This document shows, in pieces, positions 52,345 through 63,533 of a DNA stretch of 64,000 nucleotides (position 1 is the first letter of the stretch; every line of letters starts with the position of its first letter). The stretch comes from Camelus dromedarius (lineage: Eukaryota): assembly GCF_036321535.1 (NCBI RefSeq), contig NC_087436.1:75828001-75892000 (forward strand), written 5' to 3'. Below the pieces are notes generated by a model. The model was not told where the DNA came from. It made no database searches and saw nothing but the letters and a program-made list of their open reading frames with translations. A program made the translations under genes and the position numbers.

Positions 52345-52935
52345 CTAAGAAGCCTGGGATTTCAGACACACCTGAGATTTAAGCCTGGTCTCAACCCCTA
52401 ACTCTACCACTCACTAGATTTTTGGCTAAGTTATTCATTTACCTATTCAATACTCACAGAATGTCAAGCACATTGCTTGGCACTGGGTTATAAGAAAACA
52501 ATGTGACATTAAACCTTAAACCTCTTACAATGCAGTGGAGAGAGGGAGGCAGGCATGTAATGAGGTCCCTGTGATTAAGTGATAGGTGTAGTTCGAGAAG
52601 TCTTTAAAGAGTAGCGTGGGGTACAAATGAGTCCCTTCTACCTGAGACTGCCAGATGGCGGCAGTCAGGAAAGCTTTCACAGGGGAGGTGGCCTTGGAGT
52701 TCCACATAGTCACCCACTTAGTCAGCTAATTGAGATAAAGAACAAGGCAGTCCTCCTTGCAGGAGCAGTGGGGCCTGAAACAGGTTGGTAAGAAATGAAA
52801 ACTGTTCAGGGTGATTGGAGTTGACAGAGCTGTACGTCAGGTGTAGTAACACCTACTTCCCTTGTTAGAGGATTAAATGTATACAGTGTAAAACACAATG
52901 CCTGAGACATACCAGTTGCTCAGTAAATGTGCCTG
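52345..52935. mobile_element. MIR pieces flanking an L2 fragment
   Basis: MIR-like ends (cagacacacctgagatttaagcc; gaggattaaatg...gctcagtaaatg). L2-like middle (gtcaggaaagctttcacaggggaggtg). Confidence 0.55.
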
Positions 52936-53811
52936 TTCTCCTTTCAGTTTCTCCATTTGATGATATCACCTTCTGAAATTCCCTGACTCTCACCATACTG
53001 AATGGGTTCTTACTGTATATTGTTTCACACATTGTTTAGTACATTGTACAGGTTCAATAAATAATCTCTATTACAGCTGGCAGAAGTCTAGGTAAAACAA
53101 GATGTGAATTTTGATAAGAGATTGAAGCAAAAGCTGACAGTAGCTTCAATCCTTTCTTTCTCTCTGTTCCTCTCAGAGCAAGTTGAATAGAGTTTTGCTT
53201 GTGTTTATGTGAATGCTGCCACGTGCGGAGATTCAGCGTTGGTTCAACACACTGGGAGAGCATCGACATCTTTCTATGGGAACCGCTGACCTGCTTCCAA
53301 ACCCAGAGGAGCTGCTTTTCGGTCCCCAGAAGTCTTGAAAATCAGAACACCAACCGTACTGTCAGAAGGAGATTTGAAGGCAATGTACCGTCCCAGCACA
53401 AACTTAGAGCTCATCATTTCTGTCCAGAGCTTATGGTCAACTCTGTCTCCACTCCTAATCTTTCCTCCCTGCCTCTATTACATGGTTGTGTACATACCTC
53501 TCCCCCCACCTGACAACAGTCTAAAACTCTTTGAGAACTTGATTTGTCATATTCAACTTTGCCCTTCCTAGTTATACCCTCTCCCAATCCACAGTGTTTT
53601 TACCCACTGTAGATATCCAGCAAATATTTGTTAAATTTTAAAAATACCTGGGTTAATCAGAAATTAATCTCATTTATCATCGGGTTCCCTGAACTTGAGT
53701 AGGACACTGATGTCAGGTGAGTGACGTGGCCACAAGGCACGGGAGGGGACTCTACGTCCTCAGACTGTAGCCATCACACCGTACACTGTGCGTTTTCAAG
53801 GAAAGTCTGCG

Positions 53812-54045
53812 TTGTGTAGCGGTTTAAAGCATAATGTCATACTACCTAGTTGTGAAACCTGTTACAAGTCACAAAACAGACCTCAGGTGTGTGACCTAAT
53901 CTCTCTGTGAATCAGTAGTCTTATCTGTAAAGTAGGAGTGATAATCCAAAATACTATTTCATACAGTTGTCCTGAAGATTTACTGTGTTAATACATGTAA
54001 CATGCTTTTGAGTAGCACTGGTACATCACAAGTGCCCAGTGAGAA
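53812..54045 (+). mobile_element. MIR SINE
   Basis: aatctctctgtgaatcagtagtcttatctgtaaagtaggagtgataat...gttgtcctgaagatt. Confidence 0.7.
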
Positions 54046-56321
54046 TCAGTTCTTACTTCATGCTCTGAAGTTTGGTATAAATGTAACTGGGAGCAGGGTA
54101 GCAGCTCAGTGGTAGGAGGGAAATGCCAAGGCTATCAGGGAGAGGGACGCTAGGAACATATCCAGGCACGTGCCTGTAATCCCATTCTGGGACGAATGCT
54201 TCTGGAGGCAGGAAGGTATTCCCATTAGGAGGTGTGAGGCTAAGGTGCTGTGTACCTGGTGTCCCCTCTCCCCCCAATTCAGCTAGGTGGAAGATCAAAG
54301 TACCTCTCTTGGTGGTGAAGTTGCCAACCTCTTGCAGTGTTTTTAAAAAGCATGGTCAAGTTACAGGAAGAATTCTAGCACAGAAAAATATTTCATGTCA
54401 AATGAGTCATTTCTCCTATTAAGAGTATTTGTGAACATCTTTGTATTTTAAACTATACTATCAGATGAATTTTTCCTAGATGTTTATACATTTTTTGCAG
54501 GTGTAGTGATGATGCTGAGTAGTTTTAACAGAGGATTTAAATATCAGTGACATTTAAAAAGCTTGTTTTAATAATGGAGATATATACATTTATATTCTTC
54601 TAATGGACTTCAGGACTTCTACTTTTTTGGAAAAGATGGGCATTTAACTAGGTATAAACTAATATTGTTATGCAGGGAGGATAATTTTTCTTAATAGCAA
54701 AACATAATGAGGGTAATAATGATGGATAATGTATCATCAAAAGAAAACACTGACTTGTGAGGAAAAATGGTTCATCAGGCATTGGAAGAGACGACTTATA
54801 CCAGTAAATTACTTTGATCCATGTCAGTCTTTTTTCTCAGTTCACACATATCTTTGAGAGCCACCTTTGTGTAAAACAGAGGAGGGTCAAAGTAACAAGA
54901 AGGGTTACAACTTTCCAGGAGAAGATAAAAATATAACAATAATCCTCCCTGCCCCCATTGTCAAATTCCTTCCTGTTTAAAGATCTCAGAATCCTTTAGT
55001 TGGCTACAATGGTCTGTTGACTTTATCAGTATATCGTAATATGAAACCTTGCAAACTGAAGCAAGCTGCTTAAAAAAATAAAAAAGTCTTTATTAGGTGG
55101 CTAGTTCCCAACTATTTTTATAGTAGTACAGTTGTAAACATTTGGAAGACAGACATAGGTATTAAAAAAAAGCCCTGAAATGTAATTTTAATCTTTTACC
55201 TCTATTAAACTATTCTATATCTGTGTTCTTATTATAAGTCACCTCAATGACAGTGTTTAAGATGGTCAGAATGTACATTATCCACATTTTTTTCCTAGAG
55301 ATTTTATTTTCCAATAGGAAGCCAAAGTGAATGTTCTTACATAGCCATGGTATAATGAGCCCAAACCAAAAGACTAGAATTGTCAATATAGTTTTTCCAC
55401 TGATTAGTATCGCATTTTCTGCGTAAAAAATGGTTTAAGGACAGTCAATTTTAACTCACCAAGTGGCTAGAAGGATACAGTCTGACAGGTAATAGCAACA
55501 TCTTTGGGTAATTAGTGTAAATGCTTGGCATTCCTGTTATTAGTAACACAATGTTTTTGCATTCTTATTAGTAATATGTTTGTCACAGAGTATTGTGATG
55601 TTAACATTTTGAGAAGATCACACAAATCCAAATTTTATTGTCCGGTGAAAAATTAAAGAACACACTGCTTAACGTTACCCAAAATTTTTGAGAGGAGGTG
55701 TATGCCTTAAACAAATGATCAACTTCCATAACAGAACTCAGGTTATAGGAGTACAGAGAAGTAATTTTTTTTAAACCACAGCTATTGTGGTAAATTTGCT
55801 CCCACACTGATCATAGGACATTATTTACTCTTGTGTTGTCATCAAATGAAGTTGTATTAGGCTGATAGTAGTTTTGAATTGTATGAAGTGACTAAATTTC
55901 TCAGTTTTTCTGCTTGAAAAATGTAATTCTAATGTTGTAGGAATAAGACTCCACAGTGAATCCCCACAGTAAGAAGAAGGGTCAGCTTATTTCCAAATGG
56001 AAATCCCCAATTGTCACACCACATCAATTATCTAACAGAATCTGACATCCATTGAGCTGGAATGTACTTTAAAGGTCAGGTCTCTGGATGAAGAGTTTTA
56101 GCTTAGTGGGTTATGCAGCAAAAAAATGCCTATATCCAGAGCACTGTTTCAACGTTGGCAGAAATAGCTTCTCTTGAAATAGCAGGCGGGAAGAAAAAAT
56201 GCAGGATTTTAAGCCCTAAGCTTTTGCCTTAAGTACATTTTCTAATGTTTCTGCCTGTATCTCATAAAAAGTTGGATAAATAAATAGGAGTTGGGATAGA
56301 ACCACATTCATCTACTTTCAT

Positions 56322-56610
56322 AAAAGGTGCACACTGAAGTCCTGCAGGCACGATTTATTTGGCCTACACTTACAAAATTTGGGAAATGCCGTATTAGGAA
56401 AAAAAAAATTCCAGATTTCTGGCTTCTCTTAAGAAACTGGAACCTCTGGCCACAGTGGGCCTGTATTCATACGTGGAAAAAGCAGGCTGGATTTGAGAAT
56501 CAGCTGCTCTCTTTACACATATTCTATTATTTTCCATTCTTAACCGTTCTTAAGTCTTACACCACGTTCACGTTGCCTGCCTCACCCCGCAGGCACTGAG
56601 ATTCCTGCAG
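56322..56610 (+). mobile_element. MER102 (hAT-Charlie)
   Basis: ttccagatttctggcttctcttaagaaactggaacctctggccacagtgggcc...cacgttgcctgcctcaccccgcaggcactgag. Confidence 0.78.
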
Positions 56611-56814
56611 TTTATGAAATGGATGCAATGCGTTTTTTTTCCCCTTCCTTTTCCCAAATGGGTTAAGTCTCTTCGTTAAAGGAGTGGGCGAAACCAATGG
56701 CTGGTTTTGCTTCCAAGCAGTCCTACACAGTCCTAAGTCTGCGTTTTTCAACGATCTGACGCTAGCCTTTTCCAGAATGGCCCCAAGTACGAAACTAAGT
56801 ATCAAAGGATGGCC

Positions 56815-56990
56815 CTTGAAGTTGTAGCTCTGCCACAAGCCAGCCATGTGACCTTGGGCGAGTCCGTTAAGCTCTCTTGGACAAAGGTGATGAAAGGTCT
56901 CTAAACAGACTTAGTACCTGTTCTGAACAGTTCACGGGGCTGTTGCACAGCACACACGAGATTTTGAAAGTACTCCTAAGTAATTTATAA
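56815..56990 (+). mobile_element. MIR SINE at the CpG-island edge
   Basis: gctctgccac...tgtgaccttgggcgagtc. Confidence 0.65.
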
Positions 56991-58032
56991 ACCGCAAAAC
57001 GCTTCCTAGCACCGGCGTCTGTTACAGAGTGCGACACCACAGCTTTAGAAGTCGGGTTACTGGAATCCGCTCTAGTTCCGCGCTGCTCCCACCTCCCACG
57101 CTCGGGGGTGGGCGAGCGGAAGAAGATTCTCAGGGGAGGTGGTCTGGAAAAGCGGCTTAGAAATGCAGCAAGAAGTTCCTTAACGGGGGTAAAGTTGTCG
57201 GTGGCATTTTTAAGCCCTCAAAGTGACATACCAACTGCTAGCCGTGACAGACCTCGCCGCACGGCCAGCGCCAAAACCAGCCCCTGGGTTACCTCCCTGA
57301 TCGAAGCCCGGACCCGACAAGCCAGGCTTGAAGCCTCTGGGCCGGGACCCCAAACCCGGGGCTCTGGACCTCACCCTCGCCCCCAACCCCCACCATCACC
57401 TCCCCCGTCCCCTTCTCCACGTGACAAGAGCCGGAACCGTCACTTCCGGCGGCGCAGGCACCGCGCCTGCGCAGGGCCCCCGGCCTCGGCGACCGGTTGG
57501 CAGGGGCGCCGCGCCGCCAACGGCCGCGAGTGGCGGGCGGCACTGGTTCGGCTGGGGCGCTGGCCGTGCTGCGGGCTGCGGTCCAGAGGTTGTGCAGCCC
57601 GGGATCCAGCCCACTCCCCGGAGGGCCCGGCCGCCCCGCCCCCTTCCCCATCTCCCTCTCTCGCGCCCTCCTCCGGGGCTCGCGCTCCGGGCGTTTAGGG
57701 AGGCGGCGAGGGCGCCCGGGGCACTGGCGGAGGCGGCGGCGTCGCCCCCTCACTCGGGCCCGCCCCCTCGCGCCCCGCCCCGTCCCCGCCCTCCTCGCCG
57801 CCCTCTGCGGGAGCCGGGCAGCTGCAGCGGAGCCGCGGAGCGGGCGGAGGGGCCGGGGAAGTGCGCTCGGGGGCGCGGAATGTGAGGCTCGGCGGGCCGC
57901 AGCGCGCACGGACCCTCGGACGGGCGAGGGGCGGCGACCTCTCGCGGACGCCCGGCCGCGCGCCGGGCCGGCCACTCTCCCTCTCGCTCGCCCTCGCGCG
58001 CTCCCCGCGCCCTCCAGCGCGCCGGCGGGACC

Positions 58033-58065
58033 ATGAAGAAGTTCTCTCGAATGCCCAAGTCGGAG

Positions 58066-58097
<32 letters not shown>

Positions 58098-58222
58098 AGG
58101 AGCGGCTGGTGGCGGGGCCGGCGGGGCCGGGGTCGGCTCCGGCTCCGGTAGCTCGTCCGTTGGGGTCCGGGTGTTCGCGGTCGGCCGCTACCAGGTCACC
58201 CTGGAGGAGTCGCTGGCCGAAG
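58033..58222 (+). CDS. BMP2K: BMP-2-inducible protein kinase (NAK family), first coding exon; gene continues beyond the window
   Basis: Translates MKKFSRMPKSE-(Gly-rich)-SSVGVRVFAVGRYQVTLEESLAE(G), matching the recalled BMP2K N-terminus up to the kinase Gly-rich loop (LAEGGF). ATG context is GGGACCATGA, inside a CpG island. A phase-1 donor GAAG|GTACGG lies at 58222/58223. Confidence 0.96.
58066..58101 (+). repeat. Coding trinucleotide repeat (GGC)10(GGA)2, encoding 12 Gly
   Basis: Read directly: GGC x10 at 58066-58095, then GGA GGA. Confidence 0.97.
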
Positions 58223-60551
58223 GTACGGGCGCCCGGGGAGGCTCGGGCAGGCAGGTGAGGGAGGGCTGGGGTGTGGTGGTAGCTTCTCCCGGTTCTCACC
58301 CGCTTCTCTCCTCGCCCTCTAGGCTAACTCTTCTTCCCCCTTCTGCCTGCTCCGCCCAGCCAGCGGGGGCTCTTAAGCCGGCTTTTCTCGCCGCTGGCAG
58401 CTCCGGTGCACAATTCTTTCCTTACTAGTTTAAGTCATTTTCAGCCCTTCTTGATGCAAGGAAATACATAGAAAACGTCTTAGCGAGTGCTGTGGTGTCA
58501 GGCTTGGACAAGTGACTCATGAGAGGGTCAGATCGAGCACGATTGGGGCTCTTCTCTCCCAGCGGTGGCTCAGGCGGGTGTCATTCGTTGGCCTCCCAAC
58601 CCGCTCCGCAGGGCACGGGACCCTGCGACCCTTGGTGTTAACCCGGGGTTTGCTCTTGCACACTCATCAGTTTGAAAAACAATTTATTTCTGTGTGCGCG
58701 CATGATGGAGGTGATACTTTGCCCCAGATTCAGTTAGCAGGTTGCTTGGGGGGGGGGGTAGGTGAACTTGAAATCCACTTACCTTTGTTATTTAGAATCT
58801 TCTCTAAAAGACAAGGTGCTAGTCATACCCCTTCAGTATGTCGCTTTGATAGTACTTTAAGAGGCGCTAGGAAAGCGGGTTAACTTTCTTTTGGGAAGTT
58901 TTGTGCTCAGTCCTTCATTATCTTTACCAGGCTATGTCAGCAGTTGCAAGTCTGCTTCAAAAAAGTTTACTCCATTAAAAAAAATCCTCCACTTGAATTT
59001 TGTATTTCTTGTATAATTGGCTTGTAGGAGATGCTCTCTTGTTTTATTGCATACTTCATTGACTTTTGAGTTTTTAATTGCAGAATGGTGTTACAAAGTA
59101 AATACTTTGAAAAAGTCATAAGAAATAAGGAGCCCTTTTAAGTGCGAAGACAGTAGTTTTGGTTCTCTGAGAGTCAGCTGTTGATTTGGTTTGAAGACAG
59201 TAGACTGAGAGTCCGCTTGTGTTTTTTGAAATGCCATAAACAATAGCAGATTAGTACAAGAGAAAATCCTGAATGTTCTTGTCTATGAAGTATTCTAAAG
59301 AGAAAGAAATCTTGAATTATTCAGGGACGGATGTCTTTGTTTTGCCGGCCATTGCCCCTAATAATGAACCTAGCTGAACCTTAAGAGAGGTGGAAGGAGG
59401 ATCTTTAGCTTTTCAAACAATGAATGTATAGTAATTGGTGTTGATAGACAGATTTACTATGCTGTAAAATTTCCTAGCTCTTTATTATTACATGAGTTTC
59501 AAGTGTTGGTTTAGATTGAGTAGTAAGTTTTAAGAAGATGTGGCTATTAACGCACATGCTGTACTTCTGTCTTTGAGTTGTTGTAGTAACTAGTTGAAGT
59601 GTGGCTTGAGTAATATTAGACTCAGTTCATTTCACTAAATCCCTGACGGGCCTTTTATTTAATAGAAGGAAATCATTGACATTTCATCAGTCTAGACTTT
59701 GGGTTTGGATTTCTACAACTGCTAATAGGACCAAGCATGTCCTATTATTACCTTAAGCACACAATTTGTAATAGAAAATAATTTTGGAAAATGAAAATAA
59801 AAATGAATTTCAAAAGGGGAGCGCTCACTCAAAAATTTTCATTCAGTCACTCATGTCACTGTTAGAGTGTTCCACTGACTTGTGCCATAAATTTGTCATT
59901 TCTCTTGGAAAAATCCATAATCAAGTGTTAAGAGGAAGGTTGAACAAACCCTTTTGGAAGATGGTACTTCCCCACCCAACACCCCAGATCCTGGAACTAG
60001 GCTTTAAACTTCCCTGGGAAGCCTGAGCCTCGCTTTGTTCACTTGTGTGTGTCTTCTCTTCAGCATGCACACAATCGGAATTAACTATATTCAGTTTACT
60101 TTTTGATCTTGACATATTGTTATTTTAGGTGCTTAATATCCCCTCTTCTTTCCAGATGAGTAATGTCACAGTTTAGACAAGATGTTTAAGCACAAGTATA
60201 GTTTACATTCAAGAAGTCATTCAGTAATTTACAGATACATTTGCCCGATTGTAAGATTAGAGCAAATGCTTCTGAAAAAAATACTAAAGTTCAGATTTCC
60301 TGAACTGGGGAGAGGGTGTAGCAAAAGGAGTAGAAGCAAAGCCAGATCAAAAAACAAACTTAGTAGATTTTACATTTTTGCTTTATGTCTGCGTTGTTTA
60401 ACTAGAGCCGAGGCTCTGTAGATGCTATGTTCTGAGGTGTTTTCTCCATGCTACTGCAAACACAGGCAGCTTGCCCAGGATGACCTCTGCAGTGTCTTTG
60501 AGTCTTCAGTAAACCTGGTGTGAGTGCTGTCTCCCCACACCTCCATATACG

Positions 60552-61188
60552 TATTTGATTCTCATTATTCCCAGTAGTGAACGGTGATTTAGCAAATACT
60601 GAGTCATTTCTCTTAGGGGAAATACAGTGTTAGGATACAGCAAGCCTCTTTTCACAACATTTTTGTCAACCAGTCAATAAGGTACCTTGTTTTATGTGTG
60701 TTTCTGTTTATAGACGCCTTGTTTAATATATATTGTTGACTCATTAACACTGAACTCATGGCCAGTAGTACTGTAACTCTGCCTAAATGAAGCTTATCTA
60801 ATACACGTATTTCCTCTGTAAAGGAAAAATTGTAGCCTTCTTGTGCTTAGAAACACTACATAGACAACACTTCGGCAGTATCCTTGGGGAGCATTTTAAA
60901 CAACAAAATCACCAATAAAAACCACAAAAATGAGAAAAACGTAACACTACATAGACCTTGAAATGGGTGCTTGCTTACAGGATGAGAGCTGAAACAAGAA
61001 GGCAGAGCAATACCTCATTGATCCCAGCTGGCCTCCTCAAAATTTTCATCACTATGCACATGTCTGTAAATGACTGTAAAAATGCCATTGTATTGATTTG
61101 GGGATATTGTATTGCTTTCGGGGATACAAATAAATTTTAGCAAGTAAGCAGATTTACAAATAACTCCCCACATAATGAGGATCCACTG
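60552..61188 (-). mobile_element. MER82 (TcMar-Tigger), near full length
   Basis: Termini tttgattctcattattc and ataatgaggatccactg. Internal gagagctgaaacaagaaggcagagc and ccttgttttatgtgtgtttctgttta. Confidence 0.88.
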
Positions 61189-61790
61189 TGTGTGTGTACA
61201 TACAGGTATAGGTATGTATGTATATGTGTATATATATACATGCACATGTATGTATGTAAATTATATATATTTAATTTTTAAAAAACCGTATGTTATAACT
61301 AAACTGTTGGAATAGTTTCCTCTCTGAAATATTGTATGCTTTGTGTCATAATCTCTTTCTAGTTAAGTATTTATATATTTGAAAATGCTGACAACTTGCA
61401 CCTTCTTAGTTCCTGCTCAAAGTTTAAAGGACTGATATATCAGTGGGGTGTTTTCATAGTTCTCCTCAAAAACAGTCCAGTTTCAGGAGTGCAAATCCAG
61501 CTTTGGGTTGTAGAATTGAGGTAGAGCTATATGTAAATTTTAGCTTGAAACAGTGTCAGTTTGTCAAGCACATATAATTCAATGTAACCTTCCAAGTTAA
61601 AGCAAAGGACTGGTTTTTGGATCACATACATCCGTAGGCCTTCAGTGCTAGTCACGGGAATTTAATATTGATTGATGATGGGAAGAGTGGGCTCTTGAGT
61701 AGACTTTTGCCCCTAAGTGTCTGGTGAAAAATGAACTTAAATGGGGAGCATAGAGACTGGGACACTATCCATAATTTGTTGACATAATCT

Positions 61791-61851
61791 TTTTTATTTT
61801 TAATTGAAGTACTCAGTTACAATGTGTCAATTTCTGGCACACAGCACAGTG
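61791..61851 (-). mobile_element. 61-bp L1 3' tail in BMP2K intron 1
   Basis: TSD TGTTGACATAATCT (61777-61790) / TGTTGATATAATCT (61852-61865). Body attgaagtactcagttacaatgtgtcaatttctgg. Confidence 0.85.
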
Positions 61852-62274
61852 TGTTGATATAATCTAATCATGAAATGATGGCGCTGGATAGGAATGGTAT
61901 TTTGAATATGAATGGGTCGCTAGGACTTTCTGACATGGACGTAGGGGTTGTAGGCATTGTCAGTAATTGGAGGCCAGGAATTAGCTGCAGAGTTCTGTAC
62001 AAGTTGCTCAGTAGCTCAGAGTTAACTGCTTAGAGTAGGGTGAATTTATGCTAAGAGTTAGTTAATTCTCATTGTTAATTTTATAGGGAGGTAGTAAAGT
62101 ACATCTGAGCTTGCAATATAAATCAGTAGGAACATGGGTTATTTAAACACGGTATCTCATTTGCAGAAATTATCTGTGGCAACCCAGTAACTTATAAGCT
62201 AAAGTTCCCGAGAAATTAGAGTGAGCAGAAGTGGAGGATTTGACAAAGATATTGACAACTGTTACTATTCCATA

Positions 62275-63320
62275 ACTATTTATTAAATGCCTTTTTTTTA
62301 TGCCTGGCTCTGTACTAGGTGCTATATATATATACAGTGGAAAACAAACATATTTCTCTGACCTCATAGAACTCACAGTCTCATGTAGAAGATAAATATT
62401 AAACAAACAAGAATAATCAGGTTAATATAGTTAACAATTTTGATAATTGTCATGAAACTAAAGCACAGGGTTTTATGAGAGGATAACTGATTTTGTTTTA
62501 TATTGGAAGATGAAGTATTTTTTTGGACATTTTAATAGGGATCTAAAGTATGAGAAAAGTTCAGTAAAGGCAGAGGTGTGAAAATGGGGTGGTGTGAAGT
62601 ATGTCATGAAGAAGTAAGTTCCTGTGTAGGGGAGAATTTCAGGAACTGAAGTCTGTCCATAGCTATGGGCTATAGTGAGTGAATCCCATGGAAGCAGGAC
62701 TCAAGATGATTTTGGGGAGATGATCGGGATCCCAGGCTTTGTATGCCATGTTGGGGATTTTAGATTTTTATCTGAAAGTGCAGCAGGAAGCTACTGAAGG
62801 ATTTAAATTAGGGCTGTAACATGCTCTGATTTATATTTTCGTCAGGTCATGGTGTTGCTCGAGACTGACAGGCATACAGATTAGGTGATTAGTTAAGATG
62901 GTGGCTGTGGGGATGGAGACCAGTGTTATTCATGCTTAAATGAGGAGACCTGTTGGTGAACTGGATAGGAAAGGGAGTGTTGTAGGAAGTGTGAAGAATG
63001 ACTTCCTTATGCAACTCTTGGATGGTGGTGCCATTTACTGAGATGGGGAAGAGTAAAGAAGGAACACATTTTTGAGGGGGTGGGTTGGGAGGATATCCTG
63101 TAATTCCAGACCTGTTTAGCTGAGGTAACTGGGAGGAAATAAATGTCAAGTGGGAAGTTTAATAGATGGTGTGGAGCTCAGCAAAGGTGTTTGGGTACCT
63201 TTAGAGTCAGGTATTTCTGATCAGTGAGCATTTGGCTGTTATTTTCATCCTTGGGAGGGGTTGAATATAGGGAGAGAGTGTTGAATGAGAATGATAAGGC
63301 GCTCATGAATGACTCCTGGG
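62275..63320 (-). mobile_element. L2 fragment
   Basis: tttattaaatgcc...ctgtactaggtgct...gattttagattttatctg...ggtgccatttactgagatgggga. Confidence 0.75.
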
Positions 63321-63324
63321 AACA

Positions 63325-63533
63325 TTGATCTCAAACATTAGAGTTCATCAGAATCATTTATTGGAGGCTGTGGTAAACCACAGATTGCTGGGGCTTGGTA
63401 AAACACAGATTGCTGAGCCCAACCTCCAAAGTTGATTTTGTATGTCTGGGCGGAGCCCATAATTTGCATGTCTGCCAGCTTGCTCATCAATGCACACACT
63501 ACTGGTTCAGGAACGATACCTTGAGAACTGGTG
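63325..63533. mobile_element. MER5A
   Basis: tctcaaacattagagttcatcagaatca...aaaacacagattgctgagccc...aatttgcatgtct...cttgagaact. Confidence 0.8.

Larger units (their letters stand above)
57000..58650. promoter_or_regulatory. CpG island / BMP2K promoter and 5' UTR
   Basis: Very high GC and CpG density against the CpG-depleted background. GC boxes at ~57759-57791, E-box at 57418-57423, ETS sites at 57430-57450, NRF1-type sites at 57452-57473. No TATA box seen. Confidence 0.92.

Noticed and set aside
54088..54120. tRNA/SINE A-box-like gcagctcagtggtag (also ggggagagggtgtagc at ~60307)
   Set aside because: No B box, tail or TSD; too short to support.
1..57000. Hidden protein-coding gene or processed pseudogene upstream of BMP2K
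   Set aside because: No listed ORF resembles a cellular protein I recognise and no consistent exon chain was seen. A lncRNA cannot be excluded from sequence alone.
57108..58299. Long overlapping ORFs (196, 336, 185, 179 aa) on both strands
   Set aside because: Arg/Pro/Gly/Ala-rich frames are expected from stop-codon scarcity in a CpG island. No recognisable domain, and several start at non-ATG codons.
58033..58428. 131-aa ORF as a complete protein
   Set aside because: BMP2K similarity ends at the donor at 58222; the remainder is intron read-through.
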